Counted from the stretch's first letter, positions 40,879 through 53,870 are shown. The stretch: 64,000 bases of DNA from Octopus vulgaris (GCA_951406725.2 OX597817.1:55862001-55926000); one strand, 5' to 3'. Numbers and translations are program-made. The notes: generated by a model not told the origin, from the sequence alone.

Positions 40879-41305
40879 ATACATATATGCCCCTGCGTGC
40901 GCGTGTGTTTGTGTGCAAGTCGTGTGCAAGTCGCAAGCTGGGCGCGTGCCAGCGTAAACCAGCTGGGTCTGGCCACCGCAGAGGATGCAGGCAGCTAGGC
41001 AGGCAGACAGACAAAGAGACAGATAGCGAGGCAAGTGGCACAGGCATGCAGACAAACAGCTATGCAGAGTGACAGACTGACAGACAGACAGACACACAGG
41101 CAGGCAGGCAGCCTCACATTAATTTTCTTCCATTCACAAAAATGGCGGCCGAATGTGCGACGATTTTTCCAATATAGTTGTGACAAGGTTAGTAGCTCGC
41201 TGCGAGAATAGAGCGAATGCGGAGGGCAGGGGGTTGAAGATATCCATACACATACAAGCATGCACACACACACTAACACACACACGCACACGCACAGATA
41301 CATAT

Positions 41306-41349
<44 letters not shown>

Positions 41350-41553
41350 GCATATCCACCCACACATAAATGGACGGCATGCCCACGAAGAGAATCTAAC
41401 ATTGTTCGAACGCTTACATATACACAGACACACGCATACATGCATATACAGGTCTCGCACGCGCACACATACGTGCATACGCATACGCACGTGCATCATT
41501 GTATATATGTGGCTGTAAGTGTATGTATGTATGCATCCATTTATGTCATCATG

Positions 41554-41591
<38 letters not shown>

Positions 41592-41713
41592 TAAATATAA
41601 TGCATTTCTATATAAATGCAAATATATATATATATATTTATATATATTTATGTGTGTGTATATACAATTATGCTTTAATATAAATATATACATACATATA
41701 TATATACATATAC

Positions 41714-41751
<38 letters not shown>

Positions 41752-41812
41752 TGAATCTTATATATAAATCAAAATTTAAAAGCAAACATATTCATTCAGA
41801 AATACACACACA

Positions 41813-41850
<38 letters not shown>

Positions 41851-42708
41851 TGTATGTATGTATGTATGTATGTATGTATGTATGTATGTATGTATATATG
41901 TATGTATGTATGTATGTATATTATAGTCTATATGCGCATATTTTCCCCTGTGTATGTCTGTACGTGTGCATCTGAAATAAGAACAATAGCGACGACAACC
42001 ACAACCACAACAACAACAGCAGCAACAACGACAACAGCACCAACACCACCACCACCAACAACAACAACAACAACAATAACAAAAACTCGCAATCCAAAAC
42101 AATAATATGGCGACGGCAGAAGATAAATGAAAGGGAAAATATTTACATCTGATTGTTAAAGTGAGTCCTACTAAACGGATTTTTAATATATTATTATCAT
42201 ACATTACTACAATTATTAATATTATTATTATTATCATTACTATTATTATTATTATTATCATTACTATTCTTATTAACAATATTATTTTATATTTTACAAC
42301 ATTCATTTATCGTTCTATATTTACAACGCTTGTTTCTCAATAATTTTTATTTAATCATTTTTTCGCAAGAAACCCAGCTTTAACATATTCCGACTACTAT
42401 GAATAACGCTTTTCTTTCATAATTCTCATTGTTTTTATTACTATTTTATTCGTATTATATCTATATATATATTTTTTTATTTCGTTATTCTTATCATTAT
42501 CATTGTTTGTTCTCAATTATCATATTCTTTCTTCTTTCTTTCTTCGTCTTTCTTCTTTTTCTTTGAAATTCTTCTGAAGATTCCTTTTTTATGAACGATT
42601 ACAACCTTCCTCGCAAAATTACGAGGCCTTCTGTCTAATTTCGAAAACGTCATCACTGTTATTCAGCTGCCGTTGACATTACCATTGTCCCTATTATTAT
42701 CCTTATTA

Positions 42709-42778
<70 letters not shown>

Positions 42779-43184
42779 GATTATTATCATTATTATCCTT
42801 TGTCAACATATTCCCCATCGTTTAATATATTTCCTCCTTTTTGGTTATAATCTCCAAGTGTATACATATTTAGCAAATCACACATGAAATAAACATACAT
42901 ACACGCATTGATATGCACAGACGTGCATTCGTGTATATGTTGGTGCACGCATATACACACATGTATATATGTGTGTGTTTGAGCGTGTGTATTTATGTGT
43001 GTACGTTTGTTCCCAGTGTGCGCCGTGGTTCTCATTTAAACTGATATGAAATTGAAACGGTTAACAATCTTCATTTCGGTAACGAATCCTTCTTGAAATC
43101 TCTACATCACCATTTAAGGCAGTTTATCTTATAAAAAGAAAACAAAGCCTACAAATCCAAAATAATATTGCTTTGAGTAAAGCC

Positions 43185-43292
43185 TTCAGTCCCACTGCGT
43201 GGCACATTGGGCAAGTGTCTTCTGTCAGAGCATCGGAGCGACCAATGCCTTGTGAGTGGATTTCGTTGACGGAAATTGAAAGAAGCCTGTCG

Positions 43293-43346
<54 letters not shown>

Positions 43347-43538
43347 TGTGTGTGTGTGTGTATGTGTTTGTGTCTCTGTGTTTTTACCGATGTTGGTGTG
43401 TTTACGTGCAAAAGAGACAGATAGAATAATTACTAGGCTTATAAAGAATAAGTCGTGGGGTCGATTTGTTCGACGAAAGGCGATGCGTCAGTATGGCCAC
43501 AGTCAAATGACTGAAGCGAATAAAAGAATAAAAGAATA
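43185..43538 (+). mobile_element. SINE family B
   Basis: Colinear with 35092-35650. Confidence 0.85.
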
Positions 43539-43574
43539 ATAATATTTATCATGATTAATTATAATTTATTGCCA

Positions 43575-43640
<66 letters not shown>

Positions 43641-44956
43641 CATTCACGTCGTTAGTATCACCACCGCCGCCAAAATTCTTGTCCTCATTGCGATCGTCAT
43701 TAGAACAATTCACCGTCAACCTCGTCACCTGACTGAATAAACAAACATTTGATAAATTGCAGCGAAGAACAGGAGCATCAGTGTATCTAGAACCAGCTAA
43801 CTTTGGTTCTGTATCCAGCTGGCCAGATGTCAACTACTGCTGCTATAATACATGCCTGTGTCTAATATGTCACTTGCCGCTCTAGTTTCACTTTCATTTT
43901 CCCAACACTTCTTGCCATCGTACTTTCATTTTCGATATTGCTGTGTGTTTACAGTAGTAGTCAGGCTTGCTAGAGGCAGCAATGGAATAACTACATTACA
44001 ATGGTGAGTGAGTACTGTTGGCAGAATAATATCGCTAGATAGATGTCGAACGACAGATATTATTATAGTAGTCTTGTACTGTGGTGTGTCCTCATTTAGT
44101 ATCAATTTCTTCATATTTTAATATATTTATTAATGTGTATTCATGTATATAAATAGAGAAAGTCAGTGAAAAAGAAGGAAGAGAGACAGAGGGGGAGAGT
44201 GTAGCTAGTAACCAGTGAATGTGTTCGCTTGATTCCGTATTTGTTATTTCAGAGCTTGTCATGCAACTATCTTGATAGGTACATAGAACACTATCTTAAA
44301 ATACACATATAATGTATGATCATATTACACCAGCACATACACATGCACACAAGCAAAAACTTATGGAGACATACACGACGAGATGTATGAACACGTCTTC
44401 CGACATAACGCATATTCACAAACATGTACATATGCGGATACTAAACTGTGTGTTGACTCGAAATATATACGAAACGAAATAAAAGTACTAGCTCTGTTAC
44501 ATTTTTTCAAAAATTATTATTACTAATAATTTTGTTTCTACTTTAGGGTAATAAATAGATAATAGAGCTCGTGTGAAATATTTCTTCCTACTCTCTGAGT
44601 TCAAATTCCGGTGAAGTCGACTTTTTGCCAGTTGTCCCTTCAAGGTGGATAAAATAAATTAAATCAAATACAAAGTCGATTTAAATGCTTGGTGATTTTT
44701 CGCCAACATGCAATGGATAAAGTAAGGTACGAAAGAACGCAGATCCTCATCTTAATGTGGGACCCCGATGTCAGGTAGATGGGATAATCGGTCGGAATGG
44801 ACTACTGTCGAATGAATAAAGACAATTCATAATACCATGTACTACAGCCAATACAAGAACAGGCACATATAGACGCACATGCATCTTCCAACATCTCTAT
44901 CTATTGAACTATCTACACACACACACACAGACATACACATACATACATACACATAT

Positions 44957-45017
<61 letters not shown>

Positions 45018-45019
<2 letters not shown>

Positions 45020-45224
45020 AACACAAAAGAGATACCCAAAGAATAGGATATCTGACTCACTAGAGAGAGCAGTTAAACCCCAAGCCACTAATTGTTGTGA
45101 TTCCGAAAGTGAAAAGTTTTTATTTTTCAATCACTTTCGAAATTACAACAATTAGTGGCTTGGAGTTAACTGTTCTTTCTAGTGAGTCAGATATCCTATT
45201 CTTTGGGTATCTCTTTTGTGTTTG
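45018..45224. repeat. Inverted repeat with about 95-bp arms and an 18-nt spacer
   Basis: caaacacaaaagagatacccaaagaataggatatctgactcactag...gaaagtga versus tcactttc...ctagtgagtcagatatcctattctttgggtatctcttttgtgtttg. Confidence 0.95.
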
Positions 45225-45339
45225 AATGTACACTGTATTCTTCTCTGAATAATATATAGTCTATTGACTAATTATTTCCTTCTCGCTAGACCACTGGTAA
45301 CTAAGAATTATTTAGATAAATATTCTTGCTACCCTAAGA

Positions 45340-45392
<53 letters not shown>

Positions 45393-45414
45393 ATGTTTGT
45401 GTGTCTGTGGAGGT

Positions 45415-45640
45415 GTGCCTTAGTGTATTGCAATTGCGACAGTAAGATGATCTTTTCTTTTCCTGCGCTTTCTGGACCCAGCGATGCGTTTGTGTTCTCG
45501 ACGAAGACACATTTCCCATTGTCCCTGTCCACTCAGCAGTCGAAAATGAGCGACCGTGCAACAGACAGGCGTCCAGTCCAGGACGAAATGTATACGCCAC
45601 ACAATCCGGGATACCAGTCGTACGAGCCTATGATTTGATT
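45415..45640 (+). mobile_element. Decayed SINE family D
   Basis: Reverse complement matches the D/C tail (ctggac.ggacgcc.gtc..tgca...ctcatttt...ctgagtggac). Confidence 0.6.
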
Positions 45641-45703
45641 CCTTTTATTTTACTCTCTACATTTCTTTCTCTCTCTCGTACTTCGTCTCTACGCGTATAC
45701 ATG

Positions 45704-45767
<64 letters not shown>

Positions 45768-45846
45768 CTTACATATATATATAATATATATATATAAATA
45801 TATATATACAATATATATATATAAATATATAAAAATATATATATAT

Positions 45847-45914
<68 letters not shown>

Positions 45915-45919
45915 TATAA

Positions 45920-45953
<34 letters not shown>

Positions 45954-46033
45954 GTATCGCGATATATTATATATATTGTATATATATATATTTTTATATA
46001 TTTATATATATATAGTATATATATTTGCTATAA

Positions 46034-46111
<78 letters not shown>

Positions 46112-46134
46112 TGTATGTATTTACGCATATATAT

Positions 46135-46345
46135 GCTGGCAGAATCGTTAGCACGTCGGGCGAAATTCTTAGTTTCGTCTGCCGTTAAGTTGTGAGTTCA
46201 AATTCCACTGAAATCAACTTTGCCTTTAATCCTTTCGGGATCGATTATATTGGTACCAGTTACGCACTATGTCGATATAATCGACTTAACTCTTTTGTCA
46301 CTTCTTGTTTGTCCCCTTTATGTTCACCCCCTGTGAGCAATAAAT
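46135..46345 (+). mobile_element. SINE family A
   Basis: gctggcagaatcgttagcacg...gagttcaaattcc...gcctttaatcctttcgg. Confidence 0.8.
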
Positions 46346-46747
46346 ATAATGCGTATATATATATATATAGTATGACAGTTACATATAAATATATATATAC
46401 AGGTATTTATCTATATAGACAATCACATATATACGTAAATTTCATATACGTTTAATTGTATATATTGCTCCCATTTGTGAATGCACTTATGTTAAATAGT
46501 CAGAATTTATATCTGATTTATCTCCCTTTCAATGAATAATTCTTGACCAGGTTGTTACAAAATGTAGAGTACAATGTTATATAATAAATGAGTGGGTTGT
46601 ATACGAATGTTATAGCTATACAATAAAGCGTATTGAATATTTTATTGATATCACACACATTTGATATATATTTATATAACGGAAACAATATACTTTCACG
46701 AAAAACTTAAGTACTTCGACTAACTTCCTGCTCATGTGTAAGAACCT

Positions 46748-46978
46748 ATTTCTTTACTACTCACAAGGGGCTAAACACAGAGGGGACAAACAAGGACAGA
46801 CAAGCTGATTAAGTCGATTACATCGACCCCACTGCGCAACTGGTACTTAATTTATCGACCCCGAAAGGATGAAAAGTAAAGTCGACCTTGGCTGAATTTG
46901 AACTCAGAACGTAGCAGCTCACGAAATACCGTTAAGCATTTCGCCCCGCGCGCTAACGTCTCTGCCAGCTCGCCGCCT
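46748..46978 (-). mobile_element. Young full-length SINE family A
   Basis: 16-bp TSD tcatgtgtaagaacct at 46732-46747 and 46979-46994. Confidence 0.92.
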
Positions 46979-47559
46979 TCATGTGTAAGAACCTGTTAAA
47001 TTCTTTAGGTTAGGAAGCACACCATATTAGTTGGTCTCCTACCCCATCTGGGTACCTTAAAGAACCCAGTTGCTTTTATGGTGTTAAGCTGAGAACGAAA
47101 CCCCTCTTACAATCTACGGAATTGCCCAAAGTTCATACATCGCATAAGGATTTTTCGTTTTTCTTTTTTTTATTTTATTTTTAGTGGCAGCCAAACATTT
47201 TGGGTGATCAAAGATCTGGAATTATTTCAGTCTGAAGCAAATAATAAGCTCCTGCAATAATTATCCTTCAGTTCATATAGTAGTTAGTATTCCTTTTGTT
47301 TTTCAGAATCTAAAAATAATAGCAAATTTTTCAACTCTCGGCACAAGACTCGATACTGTAGGGGTTACATCGGTGCGAAATACTCTACTGCTAATTATTT
47401 TACCGCTGCCTTGGGAAACACTTCTACATCATCAATGACGAGGATGACCACGGCGACGATGATGGTCATGATGATGATGAGGAGGAGGAGGAGGAGGGCA
47501 AGGAGGGCAAGGCAATCTACGTGAGGTACTCATTAAAAACATTTCGTAGGACGATAATA

Positions 47560-48170
47560 TAACATTTACCAACCAACGCCAACAGGAATTCTAATCATTG
47601 CTTGACCCCTTCTTTCATGCCTGAAGAAAACGAACATCTTCGAAGGGGGCATCGAGATATTATTAATCATCAACATCGACAACAAGAACTTTAGGTTTCT
47701 CGACTTCTTAAAGGCTAAGAATGACAAGAAGATCAGGATGGTACCTTCAGCTGTCGCCTCTTTCATGGGACTGGCGTTCACTGAATTTGCTAGTATACAG
47801 TAAGCTCAGTGAACAAGGACTACTCTATTTACGCCATGTTCATTGCATGGAGGATACCGTGTCCCCTAAAATACCCTCGATGGAGGAATGGCACCAAGAA
47901 TAGACTCGTTAGCTCTCCTCAGCTTCATTACAAAGGTATTTGCACGAGTAACATGAAAATACACAGTATCTCTACGGAATCTTGTGTAGAGCATTGCAGG
48001 TGATCGAGTACGGCACACTGGACTTGAATTTTAACACAGAAGACAGCCGCAGAAGAATGGACTCCGCATATAAAAAGTGGACAGGCGAAAAGGGATACAT
48101 CTGTGCTAACAGATCAATTCCCACAGACATATGTGGTCCCAGCAACAGAAGCACATTAAAAATATAATCC
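47560..48170 (+). pseudogene. Old RTE-clade LINE C-terminal remnant
   Basis: LSEQGLLYLRHVHCMED..SSPQLHYKGICTSNMK..ISTESC resembles LRQRRLRWLGHVRRMED..GRPQLRYKDVCKRDMK..INTESW. Confidence 0.65.
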
Positions 48171-48341
48171 GTAAGAGGAACTGTAAATATATACAAGACT
48201 TCTCTCAAGTTTAGAATGTGATATTATTTTCGTTACCTACATTCCAGCAACGGCTTTTTGTATCTTTGTTAGAAACTAACTCGTTCTTCAGAGGAAGAAT
48301 TCAAATAATTAAATTCAGAAGAGAACACACAAAAACAGACA

Positions 48342-48467
<126 letters not shown>

Positions 48468-48890
48468 TATGTACATACAAGCCGAAAATTATGCCAAACT
48501 AATAAAAAAATATCTGCAAATACGAAAAGCACCCGAAGTATAAATTAAGATTTTTATTTGTGATTATTAGAGCGGTTGGTTATGGAACTAATTGCCTCAG
48601 AAAAAACTTGAGCAACTGGGTTTCACCAAAACAGAAAAAGATATCGCTAATTACTGAATTAGAAGCCAATTAATGTAACTGAAAATATGTAAAGCAATGC
48701 AGAGTTTGCTCTGTAGTATGTATACATAAATACACACGTATGGTGATACTCTTTATGTATATGCAGGTATATATAAGAGGATACATATCGATTGAAGTAC
48801 ACCATAGCATCAAAAAACAACAATAAAAGTAAATACATTTGCAAATGCGTGCATAATGCACACACACACCTACATACATACATATGTACT

Positions 48891-48976
<86 letters not shown>

Positions 48977-49014
48977 TTATGTGTATATATATATGTTTGT
49001 TGTTGATTGTTCTT

Positions 49015-49308
49015 TTTCGTACCATGTCTGACTCATAAGGGCCGGTTTCCCGGTTCACTTGGCGTATAGGTTACCCATCTGGACGGGAAGCCGGTCCGTC
49101 GCAGGTGAGCTGCTAGATGCAGGAGGAAAAAGAGAGAGAGAAAGTTGTGGCGAAAGAGTCAGCAGAAGTTCGCTATTACCTTCTTCTAGAGCCGCGTGAA
49201 GCTTAGGTGTTTCGCTCATAAATATACACATCGTCCGGTCTGAGATTTGAACCCACGATCCCTCAAACGCGTGTCCGTTTCTCTAACCACTAGGCCGTAT
49301 ACCTCTAC
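49015..49308 (-). mobile_element. SINE family C (tail type 2 variant)
   Basis: gaaagttgtggcgaaagagt core; ctggacgggaagccggtccgtcgcag tail. Confidence 0.75.
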
Positions 49309-49431
49309 CTACATATTTAATGCAGAAAAATTGCGATGGTTTAGCTGCTACCTTAGATTCGCTGTTATTGAGAGGATCACAAACACTTGGACAATAATTG
49401 TCACATTTACAATTTAGAGCGAAGCAACCAC

Positions 49432-49502
49432 GGGCATATGGCGTAGCGGTTAAAAGCGCGGGCTACTCACCTTAAGATTCCGAGTTCGATTCGAGGCATT
49501 GA

Positions 49503-49573
<71 letters not shown>

Positions 49574-49748
49574 GCATCGAGAAATACCTTAGGAATGAGA
49601 ACCTAGGTTCTAAATTTCCCCGAGAGACCTGATGAAGGCTGGAGGGTGTATCAACCGAAACGTTGTGTTAACAGCAAACAAGATGAGGACAAATATCCGT
49701 CAAACGTAAATAATGTACATAATTCCTCATCTCTTAAATATAGAACTG
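49432..49748 (+). mobile_element. tRNA-like head, (AAT)n and hammerhead-containing PLE-type terminus
   Basis: Box A tggcgtagcgg at 49439-49449, box B gagttcgattc at 49482-49492, (AAT)n at 49507-49572, hammerhead at 49624-49669. Confidence 0.75.
49624..49669 (+). ncRNA. Minimal type I hammerhead ribozyme motif
   Basis: gagac-CTGATGA-a-ggctg-(10 nt)-caacc-GAAA-cg-TT-gtgtt: canonical core, palindromic stem III ACGT, one mismatch each in stems I and II. Confidence 0.7.
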
Positions 49749-50068
49749 AATCACCTCTGATGTTATAAATATTTCAAAAGTAATACACGGAGATATTCTG
49801 TCCCTAATTCCGTTTATTTTGGTATTAAACCCATTATCACGTTTTTTATGACACTCTAATGGCGCCATGCTTGGATCTGCTACTTCTAGAGATACCAATG
49901 TAAGCCGTAATCCTCGATTCTGGTGGTTAGAATTAATAACAGTATTTTGATCTTACAGAAGCTTGGACTTAGGCCAAAAGAAACGTTCCTATTTTATTAG
50001 CGAGCGTGGAAAAATCAGTCACTTCAATACAAAAACTGTGCAATAATAATCACTCTATTTCTCCTGTA

Positions 50069-50553
50069 GTGGATGCGCAATGGCCCAGTGTTTAGGGCAG
50101 CGGATTCGCGGTCGTAAGATCGCGGTTTCGATTCCCAGACCGGGCATTGTAAGTGTTTATTGAGCGAAAATACCTAAAGCTGCACGAGTCTCCGGCAAGG
50201 TGTGGTGGTAAACCCTGCTGTACTCTTTCACCACAACTTTCACTCGTTCTTTTTTCCTGTTTCTCTTGTATCTGTATTTCACAGGGCCTGCCTTGTTACA
50301 CTCTGTGTCACGCTGAATCTCCCCTTGAACTGTTAAGGATACACGTGTCTGTGGAGTGCTCAGCCACTTACACGTTAATAAATTATCTGTGACGTCACTG
50401 GTGCCAAGCTGTGTCGTGGAGAAGAGAGGCTGGTATGCATGGGCGACTGCTGGTCTTCCATAACAAAAAACAAACTTGCTCAGACTTGTGCCTCGGAAGG
50501 TGAATGTCTAGGTGCAATCCCGTGGTCATTTATGACCGAAGGGGTCACACACA
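50069..50553 (+). mobile_element. SINE family C (long tail type 3)
   Basis: TSD atttctcctgta at 50057-50068 and 50554-50565; tRNA-like head with boxes A and B. Confidence 0.88.
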
Positions 50554-50589
50554 ATTTCTCCTGTACCACACAAAAAGTACTGCAAATAT

Positions 50590-50830
50590 GAAGGCATTGA
50601 TGAAAATATATTACACGATTGTCTTTTGAATAAAGACTAGATGAATATGGCAATCAGGACCCTCATCTTATCAGCATTTGGTACATCTACCTCTGGAAAA
50701 TTTGTTTGATCTTCATAAGAAAACCATCAAGAGATTGGCATCAACTGGAAACGTCCACAGAAACAGTGATATTGAGAGGATCTACCCGAGAAGAGATGAA
50801 GGAAGTAGGAAAGAAGGATACCTGCGGACA
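50590..50830 (+). pseudogene. Old R4/Dong-type LINE remnant
   Basis: KKTIKRLASTGNVHRNSDIERIYPRRDEGSR resembles KTRKLLT....HP.SDV.RLY.PR.EGGRG. Confidence 0.6.
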
Positions 50831-51099
50831 ACTGTTTCGAAATTTTCTTCATTTATAACAGATTATAAATTCAACATGTATCCATTAATTCGTACTTATA
50901 TTGCATAGATGCGTGCAATCATGCTTACGTATTGTGTTAACATTGTCTACATTCCATACAGGCAGCTCTGTTTCTGGTATAAATTAAAAACATATACATA
51001 TGTACAGGCATACTTGTATACACATAGATAAACACATACGCACACATCTGTCCCTCCCTACATTCCCCATGCATATCAAACAAATCAAAGGCCCTTCCC

Positions 51100-51280
51100 G
51101 AACCAGAGGCTCATAAGGCCGGTTTCCATGATGTTGACCGGAGGAAAAACTCACTTTCACTTTCTGAGCGAATTGGAGCAACGAAATGAAGTGTTTTCAA
51201 CAGGAGCACAACGCCTCGCCTGGTCCAGTAATAGAAACATATTTACGCCCATCAGTACAACACACTAAACCTCGCACCAC
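51100..51280 (-). mobile_element. Partial SINE family D
   Basis: tggagcaacgaaatgaagtgtttt...cacaacgcctcgcctggtccag. Confidence 0.6.
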
Positions 51281-51289
51281 ACACACACA

Positions 51290-51935
51290 CACAAATTTGT
51301 TTGTTTTTCCATTTATTTTAACCCTTATTCTTCAAAAATTTTAATAAATCAGTTTGTTCATGACAAACATCCCGTTATCTTCTTAGTAGCTTGATGCTAG
51401 AAATCATTGGATATTGCCTCGAAGAATTCGGCCAATCACGATTTCAATTGCACGTCGCTGTTGAACGAAATGCCCCACAAAATGAGTGAACTGTAAACTT
51501 AATGATATGGAAGTGCTATACGGAGGGTGGGATAGAACTTCCCAACAAATGTCTTGAATAGCACTTACGGACAAATTAGCGGCGTGAAGGTAAACGTTAC
51601 GGCGGTGAAGAAGCACGCTGTGTCCCCTGTTGGGGCTTTTGCACCTTACCCATCGAGTGAAGGTGACGGTATGATGAAAACAACCCATCTGTTGCCCCAC
51701 TCCCTTGTAGGGGGGGTATCGTAGATGAGCGCAGCCAGGATACTATAAGGTTAAATTTCCTCTACTTGATGTAGGTAAAGTATATTTGTGTAGTTCTTTC
51801 AATAGTAGCGTCTTCTCCGTACACAATACAAATGCAACGCACGGTTTCGGCAGGGCAGGGACTTTGATTGAAAGCGAAGAAAAGCATGAATCGAACGTGC
51901 GCATTTTTTTCTACTTGGCATCCTGTCATTTGTCT
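51290..51935 (-). pseudogene. Mariner (DD34D) transposon remnant, internally deleted
   Basis: N-terminus CQVEKNAHVRFMLFFAFNQ..AETVRCICIVYGEDATIERT; C-terminus LLHRRN..HAAN..AIQDICWEVLSHPPYS resembles WEVLPHPPYSPDL. Confidence 0.85.
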
Positions 51936-52089
51936 AATGGTGGTGGTGGTGGCATTGGCAGTTTTTGCTCGTTGTTGATATTTTGACAAGGGCCTCGATG
52001 ATAATGGTCGCGTTTATCGGCAAAAGTTTTCAACCTGTTTGGTGGTTTTAACCCCAGAATATGTTCCAGTCCTAACCGCCTTGTTTATT

Positions 52090-52158
<69 letters not shown>

Positions 52159-52455
52159 TAACTTTTTTCCATATTTATATGAGTATCCAGCTGCCATGCT
52201 TTCAGACCATACTTTTTATTTGCTATGTCTTTATTCATCTTTTTCAAGTTAATTGGATTTGGTGTGAGCAAGTCAGGGTAACGATTTGCAGTGGGTTGAG
52301 TAACAAGCAGAGGTTTTTCGCTGACTTGTGTAAGATGATGGAAATTCGGCAGCTATTTCTGTAATGATCAATGCCTGTGTGAGGAAGGGTGACTCTAAAC
52401 ATTAACCAACTTCCTTGCGATTATAGATGAAATAATTTCACAAAAATTATGGCAC

Positions 52456-52560
52456 ATATTGCTTCCGCAATACATATACTAAAATTGGAACGATACAGAG
52501 GAGATTAGCATGGCCCCTGCGCAAGGATGACACGCAAATTCGTGAAGCGTTCCATATTTT
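52456..52560 (+). pseudogene. U6: Full-length U6 snRNA copy, probably a retropseudogene
   Basis: acatatactaaaattggaacgatacagaggagattagcatggcccctgcgcaaggatgacacgcaaattcgtgaagcgttccatatttt is near-identical to metazoan U6; 5' hairpin tattgc-ttcc-gcaata; ACAGAGA box reads ACAGAGG. Confidence 0.95.
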
Positions 52561-52623
52561 CTAATGGCGGTGCCCCAGCATGGCCACAGCTCGTGAGCTG
52601 AAACTAAATAAAATAAAAAAAAA
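52561..52623 (+). mobile_element. CR1-group LINE-type 3' tail plus A-rich end fused to U6
   Basis: ggcggtgccccagcatggccacagctcgtgagctgaaactaaataaaataaaaaaaaa matches the LINE terminus at 60073-60120 (minus strand). Confidence 0.85.
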
Positions 52624-53689
52624 GATAAAAACATCTGTTATCGCACTTGATGCAAAACCAGCAGTAGAAAGAAACAGCCAGCCCCTGAACCGTTCATTCT
52701 TACCCTAAATTTCTTACTTACCTCCGACCGGAAGTAAACGTACGACATGACGTCACAATCTGATAGCTATGTCATTTGACAATTTTGCCAGTTCCCATCA
52801 CAAATTATTTCCCACAGATGTCTTGCATTCGTTCACATGTTCAGTCATACTGTTTGTTTGCATGGAATGAATGTGACTATAACATCAAAAGATTCTTCAT
52901 AGAAATCTAGAAATACCTGTCATACACATTTAATAACACCAGCCATCTATGTTCCTCCGCTCTATAACTCAGCCTCTGCATAATCACTCAAACTGATAAA
53001 AATAGTAGCCACATAGCCACACATCTCCCTCAAAAACACGCCCTATAGTTTTAATGAAAGGAAAGGACATTTGGTTTATTATTGTCTTATATTGTGCAAT
53101 ATCCAACAAAAAGTTCTACATGGAACACATAATCATCACAGATTAGCCCTCACAGACCTAGCCTGGGGTTAAAACAATTTGTTGCATATCCACTCATATC
53201 AGCTTAGTCTTTACTTTCTCTAGATTTCCGCTTGTCTGTTCTTACTGAGTTATTTCCCTTGCTTGATCCTCTTACTATTTTCAATTTAAACGCATTCTTT
53301 CTCAAATAATTGAATGGATTAATTCATTCGCTCCAAGACTTTTACAACTAAAAAGAATTGCAAACGAGAAACCCTATCATATCATATCGTATGGCTAAGA
53401 GCACGTGGCTCTCTTATTCTATTCCTGAAGACTATCACTCAGTTCAGCATCCTTTCCATACTTTTCATCCATGTGTGTGTGGGGAGGGGGGTTACTCGCG
53501 CACGTGTATATGCATTGTGTGTGCGTGTGATTTAAAGTCTCTTATCTTTAACTACGCTAAAACTACGTTCATCCTGGACTCCATAGCTGACGAGAGGTGT
53601 TCTGCTTATAGTTACCATGTCCCACCTTGAATGTCACTGCATGTATGCACCATTGTGTATCGAAGCAAATAGCCTAATAAACTTTCCTT

Positions 53690-53870
53690 ATTATCTATCT
53701 ACAGTCCACAGGAAGATAAGGTTTACAATGTTGAGTACCTTTCTTAACAGCGAGGAACATAAGACAGAGCACTGCGCTCTCTCATTGGCATTTCTATTAA
53801 ATCAGAGGGAACGTCATATCATGGGTAACTCGTCCAGAGCAGAAGACGTTTCGCGATTACAATAAAATGT
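53690..53870 (+). pseudogene. Possible highly decayed RTE fragment
   Basis: KIR/VYN/LSTFLNSE resembles KI.VY.ACVLSTLLYGSE. Confidence 0.3.

Noticed and set aside
45536-45638. Exon-like frame [33 protein letters not shown]
   Set aside because: The nucleotide sequence aligns with the SINE D/C tail, so it is a decayed SINE.
49432-49505. Possible tRNA genes here and at other SINE heads
   Set aside because: Boxes A and B are present but there is no complete cloverleaf or acceptor stem; these are retroposon heads.
52456-52560. Functional U6 gene
   Set aside because: Altered ACAGAGA box, no 5' G and direct fusion to a LINE tail favour a retrocopy, although a variant gene is not fully excluded.
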